From the NCBI RefSeq assembly GCF_000737315.1, contig NZ_JMCB01000003.1, positions 153,394 to 217,393 of the forward strand: a stretch of DNA of 64,000 nt, in the 5' to 3' direction. The position numbers were made by a program, and so were the translations under genes. Of the stretch, positions 46,957-57,571 are shown piece by piece. The DNA is from Hyalangium minutum (GTDB lineage: Bacteria; Myxococcota; Myxococcia; Myxococcales; Myxococcaceae). The notes under the pieces are model-generated. The model saw only the letters and a list, made by a program, of their open reading frames with translations. It did no database searches and had not been told where the DNA came from. Within the stretch, counting starts at the first letter, position 1. Each line of letters starts with the position of its first letter.

Positions 46957-48123
46957 TCAGGCCTCCGCGCGAGGCTGGAAGCCGTATGGGTCCGTCTTGT
47001 GCTTCGGCTCGAACCCTTCGAGCGATGGGGCGATGCGGATCAGCCCCATGGCCAGCATTCGGTGCATCGAGCGCGCTGCTCCCGCCTCACCCATGGCCGC
47101 CGTGCGCAGCGCCTGGCGGATCGTCACGCTGCCCCGGAGCTTTGAGTACAGGTAGAGATCATCCGCGGTTAGCGAGGAGGGCAGGGGACGCGGCAGTGGC
47201 TCGAAGATGAGGCGCCCGTCCATGGAGAACAGCTCGTCACAGAGCGCCAGCGTGAGCTTCACCTCCGCGTCCCGGTAGAGCGCGTGTGCCTCGGGGACAG
47301 GGCCTCGCTCCAGCACTTGCTCCACCACTGCGAGCGCGTGATCGTACTTGCGCTCCTCCACGAAGCTCCGGGCTGCGTCCAGCAGCTCCTGCTCCTGGAG
47401 TTCTTCGCCCATCGAGTTGTTCTGCGCCCGTTGCGGCGCCAGCACCCCGCGCCGGTACAGGTGCATCAGCCGCCTCGCTACGAAGATCCGCGACTCCTTG
47501 CCCGATGCGAGCAGCTCCGCGAGCGTGGCCCCCGACTCCGCTCGCTTCATCAGGACCGACTCCTCCTCCGAGAACCGCCCCACGGAGTGCTCACGGAAGA
47601 CGTAGAACGTCGTGTCCATGCCCGGGAACACCGTGCGGAACGTCCGCCACTCGCGGCGCCGCGACAGCGCGTCCCGGTGCAGGCTCGTCAGCGGCATCTT
47701 CAACTCCACTGCCTGCTCCAGCGACGGCAGCTGCAGCGTGAACTCCACCTCGCCCGAGTCCCAGTTGTAGCAGTCGAAGAACGCCTCGCGCGCCTTGTGC
47801 TCCAGCGCCTCCAACAGCCGCGGCAGCTCCACGAACTGCTGGCGCACCAGGAACGCCCCGTAGGGCAGCTTCGCCAGCTCCGCCGCCTCGAAGGCCAGCG
47901 CCGCCCGGGGCGCGTCCAGGATGCCCAGGTCCACCAGCACCTGGCCCAGGTGCTCGGCCGGCGTGTTGGAGCCTTCGCCCACCAGGAAGCCGTCCTTGAA
48001 GAAGAAGTAGCGGATCACCGAGCCGCGCTCGACCCTCAGCGTGCCTCGGGCCTTGCGCGACAGGAGCGCAGGGATCACCACCTCCATCGAATAGTGAGTG
48101 AGGCCTCCCTTGAAGTGCTCCAT
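46957..48123 (-). CDS. DUF4388-domain protein
   Basis: N-terminal DUF4388-like receiver-type domain (SMEVVIPALLSRKARGTLRVERGSVIRYFFFKDGFLV) as found in myxobacterial regulatory proteins; family recall only. Confidence 0.55.
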   Translation of the reverse strand: MEHFKGGLTHYSMEVVIPALLSRKARGTLRVERGSVIRYFFFKDGFLVGEGSNTPAEHLGQVLVDLGILDAPRAALAFEAAELAKLPYGAFLVRQQFVELPRLLEALEHKAREAFFDCYNWDSGEVEFTLQLPSLEQAVELKMPLTSLHRDALSRRREWRTFRTVFPGMDTTFYVFREHSVGRFSEEESVLMKRAESGATLAELLASGKESRIFVARRLMHLYRRGVLAPQRAQNNSMGEELQEQELLDAARSFVEERKYDHALAVVEQVLERGPVPEAHALYRDAEVKLTLALCDELFSMDGRLIFEPLPRPLPSSLTADDLYLYSKLRGSVTIRQALRTAAMGEAGAARSMHRMLAMGLIRIAPSLEGFEPKHKTDPYGFQPRAEA

Positions 48124-48350
48124 GCCGCCTTCTCCCCTGTGAGCGAGTGCTTGCTCGCTTTCTGAGAAAGCTAATGGGCCCTCCCTCGTTGCTCAACCTC
48201 CCACCCCCCACAAACTGTTGAATTCATTGGAGTCTTCCGGGGTTGTCCCAAAGTTCCGGGTTGAGAAAGGGCAGGGGCCTCATGGGGCGCTACGGACCCG
48301 GGCGAATGTTTGACCCCCTGGGGGGCCACTGCTAAGGGGAAAGGCCTGAT

Positions 48351-49209
48351 GTGCTTGAAGGACGTCCGGTGACCGATGCCCGCCGCACGCCGCCCGACGA
48401 GGGCTCCAGCGATGCAGAGGTGCCCCGCTCACCCGGGGACGCCTTCCGTATTGCTTTGCCCAACTTCGAGGGCCCCCTCGATCTTCTGCTGCACCTGATC
48501 CGCGAGCACCGGGTCGACATCTTCGACATCCCCCTCGCGCTCATCGTCGAGAAATACCTGGAATACCTGGAGCGGATGCGCGAGTTGAACCTCGACATCG
48601 CCGGTGAGTTCCTGGTGATGGCGTCCACCCTGGCGCACCTCAAGAGCCGCATGCTGCTGCCGCGCCAGGATGTGGCGGCCCAGGAGCAGGTGGGCGAGGT
48701 GCTCGCGGTGGAGGAGCAGGGGGATCCGCGCGCGGAGCTGGTGCGGCGGCTGCTCGAGTATCAGAAGTACAAGGACTCGGCGGAGCAGCTGGCGAAGCAG
48801 GATCTGCTCGGGCGCGATGTGTTCACGCGCAACGTGCCGGTGGAGGCGGTGCCCATCCCCGAGGAGGAGGTGGGGCTGCAGGAGTTCTCCGTCCTCAAGC
48901 TGATCGAGTCGCTGGATCGGGTGCTGGAGCGCCTGACCCCGAAGGTGCAGCACGAGGTGGTGCTCGAGCGGCTGAGCCTCTCGGAGGCCACCCTGCGGGT
49001 GATCGAGCGGCTGCGCGGTCAGGAGCAGGTGACGTTCGTCAGCCTGTTCCCGGAGGGCAGCACGCGGCAGGAGATTGTCATTACGTTCCTGGCGATCCTG
49101 GAGATGGTAAAGCGGCGCCTCATCCGGGTTCGCCAGGAAGAGCCCCTGAAGGACATCTTCCTGATGCCCAACGGAGACGCGCTGGAGCGGCTGGCCCCCA
49201 CGGAGGTGG

Positions 49210-49229
<20 letters not shown>
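48351..49229 (+). CDS. scpA: segregation and condensation protein A
   Basis: LPNFEGPLDLLLHLIREHRVDIFDIPLALIVEKYLEY matches ScpA N-terminus. Confidence 0.85.
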
Positions 49230-50205
<976 letters not shown>

Positions 50206-50227
50206 CGGGCACGAAAGCATCACGAAT

Positions 50228-52306
50228 ATGGCTGCTGAAAGACTTCAGAAGTACCTGGCTCGCGCGGGAGTGGCTTCGCGCCGGCACGCAGAAGAGCTCA
50301 TCACCGCAGGCCGTGTGCAGGTGAACAACGAGACGGTGACCGAGCTGGGCAGCCGGGTGGAGCCGGGCAAGGACCTGGTGAAGGTGGACGGAAAGCTGGT
50401 GTCTCCGCCGGAGAGCACCTCCTATTACCTGCTGTACAAGCCGGCCGGCGTGGTGACGACGCTGTCGGATCCCCAGGGCCGCCCCACGGTGGCCAGCTAC
50501 GTGGAGGATGCCGGTACGCGCCTGTTCCCCGTGGGCCGCTTGGACTACGACGCCGAGGGAGCGCTGCTCTTCACGGATGACGGCGCGCTGGCGCACAAGC
50601 TCACGCACCCCAGCTTCCAGGTGCCTCGCACGTACCTGGCCAAGGTGAAGGGCTCGCCGGACTCCGCCACGCTGGGCAAGCTGCGCGGCGGTGTGCGGCT
50701 CGAGGACGGCATGGCCACGCCGCTCACCGTGGATGTGTTCGAGCAGGCCGAGCGCAACACGTGGCTGAAGATCGTGGTCGCCGAGGGCCGGCCTCACCTC
50801 ATCAAGCGCCTGTGCGCGGCGGTGGGGCACCCCGTGGTGCGCCTGTTCCGGCCGAACTACGCGGGCATCGGCGTGTCTGGGCTGCGGCCGGGACAGCTGC
50901 GCCCGCTGTCGAACAACGAGGTGCGTCTGCTCCAGGACGTGGCCGAGGCCCGCATGGCTCCGCCCGAGGGAGAGCTGAACCTGCCTCCGCGCCGGCATGG
51001 GCGGTCGGCTCCGGGCTTCGAGGCGGCGGAGGACAGCGGCGACGACTACGAGGTGGAGACCGAGGAAGAGTCCGCTCGGCCCGAGCCCGTGGTGGTGAAG
51101 CTGCCTCGGAAGGATGCGGATGCCGCGGCTGCGGCGCCCGCGGCGGAGCGGCGCCCGCGGAGCCCCGCGGGCCGCGAGATGAAGGAAGGCGGCACGGGGC
51201 TGGCCCGGTTCGGCCGTTCGCGCACGGGCGCTCCAGGCGCTGGCGGCGATCGTCCCAAGCGCAGGGAGTGGGACACGCGCGGTGATGAAGGCGAGCGTCC
51301 CGAGAAGCGCGAGTGGAAGCCGCGTGGTGAGGGTGCTGGCCGTCCTGAGAAGCGCGAGTGGAAGCCGCGTGGAGAGGGTGCTGGCCGTCCCGAGAAGCGC
51401 GAGTGGAAGCCGCGGGGTGAGGGCGCGGGCCGTCCTGAGAAGCGCGAGTGGAAGCCGCGTGGTGAGGGTGCGGGCCGTCCTGAGAAGCGCGAGTGGAAGC
51501 CGCGTGGAGAGGGTGCGGGCCGTCCTGAGAAGCGCGAGTGGAAGCCGCGGGGTGAGGGTGCTGGTCGTCCCGAGAAGCGCGAGTGGAAGCCGCGCGGCGA
51601 GGGTGCTGAGCGTCCGGAGCGTCGCGAGTGGAAGCCGCGGGGTGAGGGTGCAGGCCGTCCCGAGAAGCGCGAGTGGAAGCCGCGTGGTGAGGGTGCAGGC
51701 CGTCCCGAGAAGCGTGAGTGGAAGCCGCGCGGTGAGGGCGCGGGCCGTCCCGAGAAGCGTGAGTGGAAGCCGCGCGGTGAGGGTGCTGGCCGTCCCGAGA
51801 AGCGCGAGTGGAAGCCGCGCGGTGAGGGTGCTGAGCGTCCGGAGCGTCGCGAGTGGAAGCCGCGCGGTGAGGGCGCTGGCCGTCCCGAGAAGCGCGAGTG
51901 GAAGCCGCGCGGCGAGGGCGCTGGCCGTCCCGAGAAGCGCGAGTGGAAGCCCCGCGGTGACGGTGCTGGCCGTCCCGAGAAGCGCGAGTGGAAGCCCCGC
52001 GGCGAGGGTGGAGATCGCCCGGCTCGCAAGACCTGGAGCCCTCGGGGCGGGCCCATCGGTCCGGCCTCGCGTGGCGCGGGCCGGTTCGGCCGCCCGGGTC
52101 GCTCCGGAGGCGCCGCTGGGGATGCACGGCCCGAGCGCCGGAGCACTCGCTCGGAAGAGGGAGGAGAGGCCGGCGGAGGCTTCGTCGACTGGCGCAAGCG
52201 CAAGCAGAGCGATCGTGCGCCCGGGACTCCCTGGGACTCGCGGCGTCCGGCGCCAGGCGGCGCTCGGGGGCCTCGCAAGCCCGGTGGCCCTCGCAAGCCT
52301 CGCTGA
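50228..52306 (+). CDS. rluB: 23S rRNA pseudouridine synthase RluB (RsuA family) with very long repetitive R/K/E-rich C-terminal tail
   Basis: S4 domain (ERLQKYLARAGVASRRHAEELITAGRV), catalytic GRLDYDAEG motif; conserved scpA-scpB-rluB gene order. Confidence 0.85.
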   Translation: MAAERLQKYLARAGVASRRHAEELITAGRVQVNNETVTELGSRVEPGKDLVKVDGKLVSPPESTSYYLLYKPAGVVTTLSDPQGRPTVASYVEDAGTRLFPVGRLDYDAEGALLFTDDGALAHKLTHPSFQVPRTYLAKVKGSPDSATLGKLRGGVRLEDGMATPLTVDVFEQAERNTWLKIVVAEGRPHLIKRLCAAVGHPVVRLFRPNYAGIGVSGLRPGQLRPLSNNEVRLLQDVAEARMAPPEGELNLPPRRHGRSAPGFEAAEDSGDDYEVETEEESARPEPVVVKLPRKDADAAAAAPAAERRPRSPAGREMKEGGTGLARFGRSRTGAPGAGGDRPKRREWDTRGDEGERPEKREWKPRGEGAGRPEKREWKPRGEGAGRPEKREWKPRGEGAGRPEKREWKPRGEGAGRPEKREWKPRGEGAGRPEKREWKPRGEGAGRPEKREWKPRGEGAERPERREWKPRGEGAGRPEKREWKPRGEGAGRPEKREWKPRGEGAGRPEKREWKPRGEGAGRPEKREWKPRGEGAERPERREWKPRGEGAGRPEKREWKPRGEGAGRPEKREWKPRGDGAGRPEKREWKPRGEGGDRPARKTWSPRGGPIGPASRGAGRFGRPGRSGGAAGDARPERRSTRSEEGGEAGGGFVDWRKRKQSDRAPGTPWDSRRPAPGGARGPRKPGGPRKPR
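51281..52005 (+). repeat. intragenic 45-bp tandem repeat, about 16 copies, in-frame in rluB tail
   Basis: Unit gagggtgctggccgtcccgagaagcgcgagtggaagccgcgtggt encodes EGAGRPEKREWKPRG; 16 near-identical copies with degenerate copies at both ends. Confidence 0.9.
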
Positions 52307-52401
52307 CGCAGCGCGCAGGGGGCGTGTTCACCTCGGCTGAGTTCTTCCGGCCGGGGCTGATATAACCGGTCGTCCATTCAACGTTTCCTTCTCGGAGTGC
52401 G

Positions 52402-54528
52402 ATGAGAACCGGCGTGCGCCCCCTTGTCGTCGTCCTGTCCCTGGCCCTGTTCTCCGGGTGCCAGGGCAACCGCGATCAACTCCTCGCCGACCTCCAGAGC
52501 CCCCGGCCCGAGGTCCGCGCCCACGCGGTCAAATCGCTGGCCAAGCAGGGCAACGCGGAGGATCTGGTCCTCTTCTCCCGCGCCGCCAAGGACATGGCCT
52601 CCATCGTCCGGGGCGAGGCCGCCGCGGCGCTCGGCGAGAGCCAGGATCCCCGCGTGGTGGATCTGCTCGGCGAGCTGCTCGAGGACGCCGACGAGGATGT
52701 CCAGGGCCGAGCCGCCATGGCACTCGCCAAGGTGAAGAACGACAAGGCCAAGGCGTACCTCACGCTCCAGTATGGCCGCCGGGGCCGGAAGACGCGCCAG
52801 ATCATCGTTCAGGCGCTGAAGACCGCCAACGTGCCCGGCGCCATGGCCGAGTCCGTCGCCGCAGAGTCCAAGGCCATCTGGGATCGCAACCTGCTCGCGC
52901 TCAACGAGGGCACGCTCCCGGAGCGCGTGGGCGCCGCCGAGGAGCTGGGCAAGAGTGGCCGCCCCGAGGCCATCAACCGGCTGCTCCCCCTGGTTCGTGA
53001 CAGCCAGGTCGTCATGGCCGCCGCCGCCGTTCGCGGCCTGGGCGATGCGGGGGATCGGCGCGCGGTGCCCGCCATTCTCCTGCTGCTCGACGAGAGCTTC
53101 CCTGATCTGCGCGAGGCCTCCATCGGCGCGCTGCGCAAGCTGCAGGATCCTTCCTCGGTACAGAAGCTCCAGGCCGTGGCCGTGGAGAAGAGCGCCGTGA
53201 GCGCGCTGGCCACGGACGCCATCGCCGCCCTGCCGCGCACGCCCGAGACCGAGAAGGCGCTGTGCACCATCGCGATCGAGGGCGCCCGGAAGGAGGCCAT
53301 CGATGCGGCCCGCGCCATGCGGACGAAGGGGTGCCCGCTGGAGCCCATCATCGAGAGCCTCTCCCGTAACAGTGGCGTCGAGAGCGGGCTGCAGGCGGTG
53401 ATCGGCCTCGGCCCGTCGGCCCAGGGCGCACTGCCCAAGGTGCTGCCGCTGCTCACGTCCTCGGACTCCGTGCAGCGCATGCTGGCGGTGGAGGCCGTGG
53501 CCGCCATCGGGGATGCCTCCGCTGCTCCGGCGCTCCAGAAGCTCTACGAGCAGGAGCTGAAGGCCATCGAGGGGCCGCGCCAGGACTGGGTGACGGCGGC
53601 GCTGCCTCAGGTCTACGGCTCCGGCTTCGATCCCTCCGCGCCCGCCGCCGAGTCGGAGGACTCGCAGGGCCACAAGGACGGGGCCAAGGGCTCCAAGCAG
53701 GTTCAGCTCTTCGAGCGGGTCCGGGCCCTCAATGCCCAGCGTGCTCGCGAGGCGGGCCGCGTGCTCGTCCAGCCGCGCGTGCCCACGGAGCTCTATGACG
53801 ATGTGGAGCCGCTGAGCCTCCAGCCGCTGGCCGCAGTGCTGCGCGCGCTTGGAGCGGTGAAGGCGCCTGGGGCGCTCGAGCTGCTCAAGGGCTATGCGGG
53901 CGACCCCAACGTGACGCTGCGCACCGCGGGCCTGGTCGGGCTGGCCCGGCTGGGACCCGAGGGTGTGGAGGCCGCGAAGGGTGGCATGTACGAGGCCGAG
54001 AGGGATCTCCAGAAGGCGCTGGCTGAGGCGCTCGCGCAGCAGGGCGAGGCCGGGCAGGCCGTGCTGGTGTCCATGCTGCCGCAGTTCGCCAGCGAGAAGC
54101 TGGTGCTGCTCGACGCGCTGAACCAGTTCGGGGCTCCGGCCTCGGCCTCGGAGGCGCTGCAGGCGGTGGTTCGCGAGGGCGGAGCGGAGGCGGTGCTGGC
54201 GGCCAGCGTCCTCGGCAGGTTGAAGGCCAAGGACGCGGTGCCCACGCTCTCCAAGGCGCTGGATGAGCCCGCGAGCGTGGCGCGCCGCGAGGTGCTGCTG
54301 GCGCTGGGCGAGATCGGCGACACCCAGGCTGCCGAGGTGGTGGCCCGGGACCTGTACCACGACCAGCCGGAGGTCCGGTTCGCGGCGGCCTCGGCGCTGC
54401 AGAAGATCGGCACTCCGGCGCAGGGGGAGGCGCTCGACGCCCTCAAGAGCGACTATTATCGGAGGGTCCGCGATGCGGCCAGCGCGGCGCTGGCGAAGAA
54501 CGGCACCGCGGCGGAGGGGGCTCGCTGA
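52402..54528 (+). CDS. HEAT-repeat (PBS-lyase-type) lipoprotein
   Basis: MRTGVRPLVVVLSLALFSGC signal/lipobox; repeated ...VR..A..AL..LG.. HEAT-like units throughout. Confidence 0.7.
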   Translation: MRTGVRPLVVVLSLALFSGCQGNRDQLLADLQSPRPEVRAHAVKSLAKQGNAEDLVLFSRAAKDMASIVRGEAAAALGESQDPRVVDLLGELLEDADEDVQGRAAMALAKVKNDKAKAYLTLQYGRRGRKTRQIIVQALKTANVPGAMAESVAAESKAIWDRNLLALNEGTLPERVGAAEELGKSGRPEAINRLLPLVRDSQVVMAAAAVRGLGDAGDRRAVPAILLLLDESFPDLREASIGALRKLQDPSSVQKLQAVAVEKSAVSALATDAIAALPRTPETEKALCTIAIEGARKEAIDAARAMRTKGCPLEPIIESLSRNSGVESGLQAVIGLGPSAQGALPKVLPLLTSSDSVQRMLAVEAVAAIGDASAAPALQKLYEQELKAIEGPRQDWVTAALPQVYGSGFDPSAPAAESEDSQGHKDGAKGSKQVQLFERVRALNAQRAREAGRVLVQPRVPTELYDDVEPLSLQPLAAVLRALGAVKAPGALELLKGYAGDPNVTLRTAGLVGLARLGPEGVEAAKGGMYEAERDLQKALAEALAQQGEAGQAVLVSMLPQFASEKLVLLDALNQFGAPASASEALQAVVREGGAEAVLAASVLGRLKAKDAVPTLSKALDEPASVARREVLLALGEIGDTQAAEVVARDLYHDQPEVRFAAASALQKIGTPAQGEALDALKSDYYRRVRDAASAALAKNGTAAEGAR

Positions 54529-54529
54529 T

Positions 54530-56776
54530 ATGGAGATGCGCAAGCTCAGGGACAAGGCCACCGAGGCCTTTGCCAAGGGCCGCTTCTCCAAAGCCGCGGA
54601 GTTCTACGAGGAGTATTGCAAGGGCGAGCCCAAGGACTACCAGGCCCGCCTGCGCATGGGAGACGCGTGGGCCAAGGCCGGTCAGAAGGACCGCGCTATC
54701 TCGGCCTACCAGCTGGCTGCCACGGGCTTCGCGCGAGAGGGTTTCCTGCCGCGCGCCATCGCGGCCAGCAAGCTGATCCTGGAGCTGGACCCGGCCCACA
54801 AGGGCATCCAGCAGATGCTCGCGGACCTGTACGCACGCAAGAGCGCGGGAGGCAACGGGGCGCCGCAGCAGCCCGCGAGGCCCCCGCGCCAGGTAGAGCT
54901 GCCCACCTTCACCGAGCACATGGGCACCTCGATGGGGCCGGCTGTGGCGCCGCTCGAGCTCCCCGAGGAGGACGAGGCCCCGCCCGCTCCTGCTCCCGCG
55001 ATGGCCTCCCCTCAGAGGGCCATCATCCCGCCGCCACCGTCGGCTCCGTCTGCGGTGACCGGCTCGGCCGTCGAAGCGCTCCCCGAAGAGGAGGAGGAGA
55101 TCGCCGTCGTCCAGGGTGTGCCGCTTACTCCACTGCCGCTGGCTCCGAGTGCCGTGGCGGCCATTGCGGCCCAGTCACAGCCGCCCGCTCCCGCGGCTGG
55201 CGGGGGGGCACCGCTTCCGCCACAGCCCGCGCTTCGTGCGCAGCCGCCCGCTCCGGCTGCTGCGGTACCCGCGCCTCAGGTCCAGCCAACGCCTCCCGCC
55301 GCGGCTCCTGCGCCTCAAGCCGTGGATGCGCCTCGTGCTGCCGAGCTTGTAGGGCCTTCGGTGCCTGCCGCGCCTCCGGGCCTGGCTCTGCGTAGCTCCA
55401 TGCAGCGTCCGCCCGTCGCCGCATCCACTCAAGCTTCTCCCTCAAGGCCTGCCGAGACCGCTCCGGTTCCCGTGAGCGCTGTGTCTTCGCCCGACGAGAC
55501 CGCCCTCGAGGTGGACGTGGGCATGGGAACAAAGAAGCTCTCCTGGTCTGCCATCAGTGAGCCGCTGATCTCCGCGACGTCCTCGGGGACTGCTTCCGCG
55601 AGCGAGACTCTGGCTCAGGCGCAGCCTCCACTGCCTTCCACCGCACCGGCTCCTGCCAGCGCCGCACCGCCGGGACTTCGGCCTCGCCGGAGCGGGGAGG
55701 GCGGAACGGCCGATATGTCCGTGACGCCCGCGCCAGGACGGTCCGCCGTGGTGCCACCCGGCCAGGTGCCCGCGAGCCCCAATGCGTTCACGGAGCTGGA
55801 ACTGGAAGAGGACACGCTGCTCCACGCGGTGGAGGAGGCGGCGCTCGCAGGAATGAAGCAGCGCGCCGCGTCCGGCCTCGTGCCTCCGCAGGAGGAAGAG
55901 GAAGAGATCATCCTCACGGACGAGGTGGAGGAGACGCCTTCTCCGAACGCCCTGCCGACCATCCCGCTCTTCTCGGACCTGCCGCGCGAGGCCTTCATCG
56001 ATCTGTTCGAGAGGTGCCCGCTGCGCCACTTCTCGCAGGGGGCGCACGTCTTCGAGCAGGGCAGCCACGGTGACGCCTTCTACGTCATCTGCGAAGGCAG
56101 CGTGCGCGTGTTCCGCTACGAGAACGGGCAGCGCAAGGATCTCGCGGCGCTGACCAGCGGGGCCTTCTTTGGCGAGATGGCGCTCTTGTCGGGGGCGCCG
56201 CGCATGGCCGCGGTGGAGAGCGCGGTCGATGGCACGATGCTGCTGGAGATCTCGGCGCCGGTGCTGGCCGAACTGTCGCGCCAGCACCCGCAGCTGGCGA
56301 AGGCGCTCAAGAAGTTCTGCCGCGAGCGCATGCTGACGAACGTGATGAGCCACTCGGCGCTCTTCGAGCCGTTCAGCCGGAAGGATCGCCGCACGCTGGT
56401 GGAGAAGTTCCGGGCCCGCGAAGTGAAGAAGAACGAGATCATCGTCCGCGAGGGCGAGCGGACGGACGGGCTCTACGTGGTGCTCTCGGGCGAGGTGGAG
56501 GCACGCAAGGGCGATCAGGTGCTCTCGCGGATGAAGGAGGGCGATCTGTTCGGAGAGATCTCCCTGCTCTCGAAGACACCGGCCACGGCGACGGTGATGT
56601 CCACGCGGCACACCTCGCTGCTGCGACTGCCGCGCGAGGACTTCGATGCGCTGATCCTCTCCCACCCGCAGATCCTGGTGCTCATCTCCGAGCTCTCCGA
56701 GCAGCGGCTGCGCCGCACCGAGGCGCTCACGGGCACCCTGGTGTTCGAGCTGCGCGCCGAGGATCTGCTCGTCTAG
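54530..56776 (+). CDS. TPR-repeat protein with Pro/Ala-rich linker and two C-terminal cyclic-nucleotide-binding (cNMP/CAP-family) domains
   Basis: ATG 1 nt after upstream stop; TPR helices at N-terminus; two cNMP-binding beta-roll signatures (FGEMALLSGAPRMAAV and FGEISLLSKTPATATV). Confidence 0.75.
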   Translation: MEMRKLRDKATEAFAKGRFSKAAEFYEEYCKGEPKDYQARLRMGDAWAKAGQKDRAISAYQLAATGFAREGFLPRAIAASKLILELDPAHKGIQQMLADLYARKSAGGNGAPQQPARPPRQVELPTFTEHMGTSMGPAVAPLELPEEDEAPPAPAPAMASPQRAIIPPPPSAPSAVTGSAVEALPEEEEEIAVVQGVPLTPLPLAPSAVAAIAAQSQPPAPAAGGGAPLPPQPALRAQPPAPAAAVPAPQVQPTPPAAAPAPQAVDAPRAAELVGPSVPAAPPGLALRSSMQRPPVAASTQASPSRPAETAPVPVSAVSSPDETALEVDVGMGTKKLSWSAISEPLISATSSGTASASETLAQAQPPLPSTAPAPASAAPPGLRPRRSGEGGTADMSVTPAPGRSAVVPPGQVPASPNAFTELELEEDTLLHAVEEAALAGMKQRAASGLVPPQEEEEEIILTDEVEETPSPNALPTIPLFSDLPREAFIDLFERCPLRHFSQGAHVFEQGSHGDAFYVICEGSVRVFRYENGQRKDLAALTSGAFFGEMALLSGAPRMAAVESAVDGTMLLEISAPVLAELSRQHPQLAKALKKFCRERMLTNVMSHSALFEPFSRKDRRTLVEKFRAREVKKNEIIVREGERTDGLYVVLSGEVEARKGDQVLSRMKEGDLFGEISLLSKTPATATVMSTRHTSLLRLPREDFDALILSHPQILVLISELSEQRLRRTEALTGTLVFELRAEDLLV

Positions 56777-57507
56777 AAGCGCGGTCCGCCACGCAGCCGG
56801 GCGAAATATTCCTCGCGTGAGAGGGCACCTCGGGTCTCCAGCACCTCGAGGAGCGCGCTCAGCGAGCGGGCCTGGTTGGCCACCATCTGCTGCAGATCCG
56901 CCACTTGCTGCGTGAGGACGTCCACGCGCTCCTGAAGCTCCGCCTCCCGATGCGAGGAGGGCCGGGGTGTGGGTGGCGGGGTGAACTCGTATGTGGGCTC
57001 GCGGAACCCGAACTGCTCAGGGTTGGCCGTCGAGTTAGACGCGCCACCGTAGTAGTACTTCCGGATGGCCCGCTCGATGGCCGACGCGCTGCTCACCACC
57101 ACCTGGATCTTCTGGTTGGTGTGGAAGGCCAGCTCCTGCAGCGCGTCCACGTTCGTCGGATCCGAGCTGGCCAGCGTCAGCGTCTTGTGCGCCACGTCCA
57201 CGGCGACGGGGAAGACGCTGTAGCGCTCGGCCAGATCGATCCGGAAGAGCTGGAGCAGGTGCTCGGGCGGCGTCAGGGTGTCCAGCTCCATCGCGGGGAT
57301 GTGCAGCTGGCGGGAGAGGGCGTGGACCATGGAGCTCTCGTCCACGAAGCCCATCTGCACCAGCGTATGGCCCAGCTTGCCGCCCCACTTGCGCTGCTCG
57401 GCAAGGGCTGAGCGAAGCTGGGTCTCGGTCAACAGGCCGGCGTCCATGAGGATCTCGCCGAGCCTCTTCTTTCGACTGGGGGGAGGATTCGACGCGGGAG
57501 GGCTCAC
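56773..57507 (-). CDS. type II secretion GspE N-terminal (T2SSE_N/MshEN-like) domain protein
   Basis: RLGEILMDAGLLTETQLRSALAEQRKWGGKLGHTLVQMGFVDE... matches GspE/PilB N-terminal domain; no ATPase domain present. Confidence 0.65.
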   Translation of the reverse strand: MSPPASNPPPSRKKRLGEILMDAGLLTETQLRSALAEQRKWGGKLGHTLVQMGFVDESSMVHALSRQLHIPAMELDTLTPPEHLLQLFRIDLAERYSVFPVAVDVAHKTLTLASSDPTNVDALQELAFHTNQKIQVVVSSASAIERAIRKYYYGGASNSTANPEQFGFREPTYEFTPPPTPRPSSHREAELQERVDVLTQQVADLQQMVANQARSLSALLEVLETRGALSREEYFARLRGGPRF

Positions 57508-57571
57508 ACCCCGAGGCTAGCAGCCGTTCACCGGGCTGCAACCCCATGGCACGTTGAGGTATGTGTGGGGA

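Noticed and set aside
51281-52005. Tandem repeats as a possible CRISPR array
   Set aside because: The 45-bp units are directly adjacent with no unique spacers, are in-frame within rluB, and encode a repeated peptide. No cas genes are nearby.
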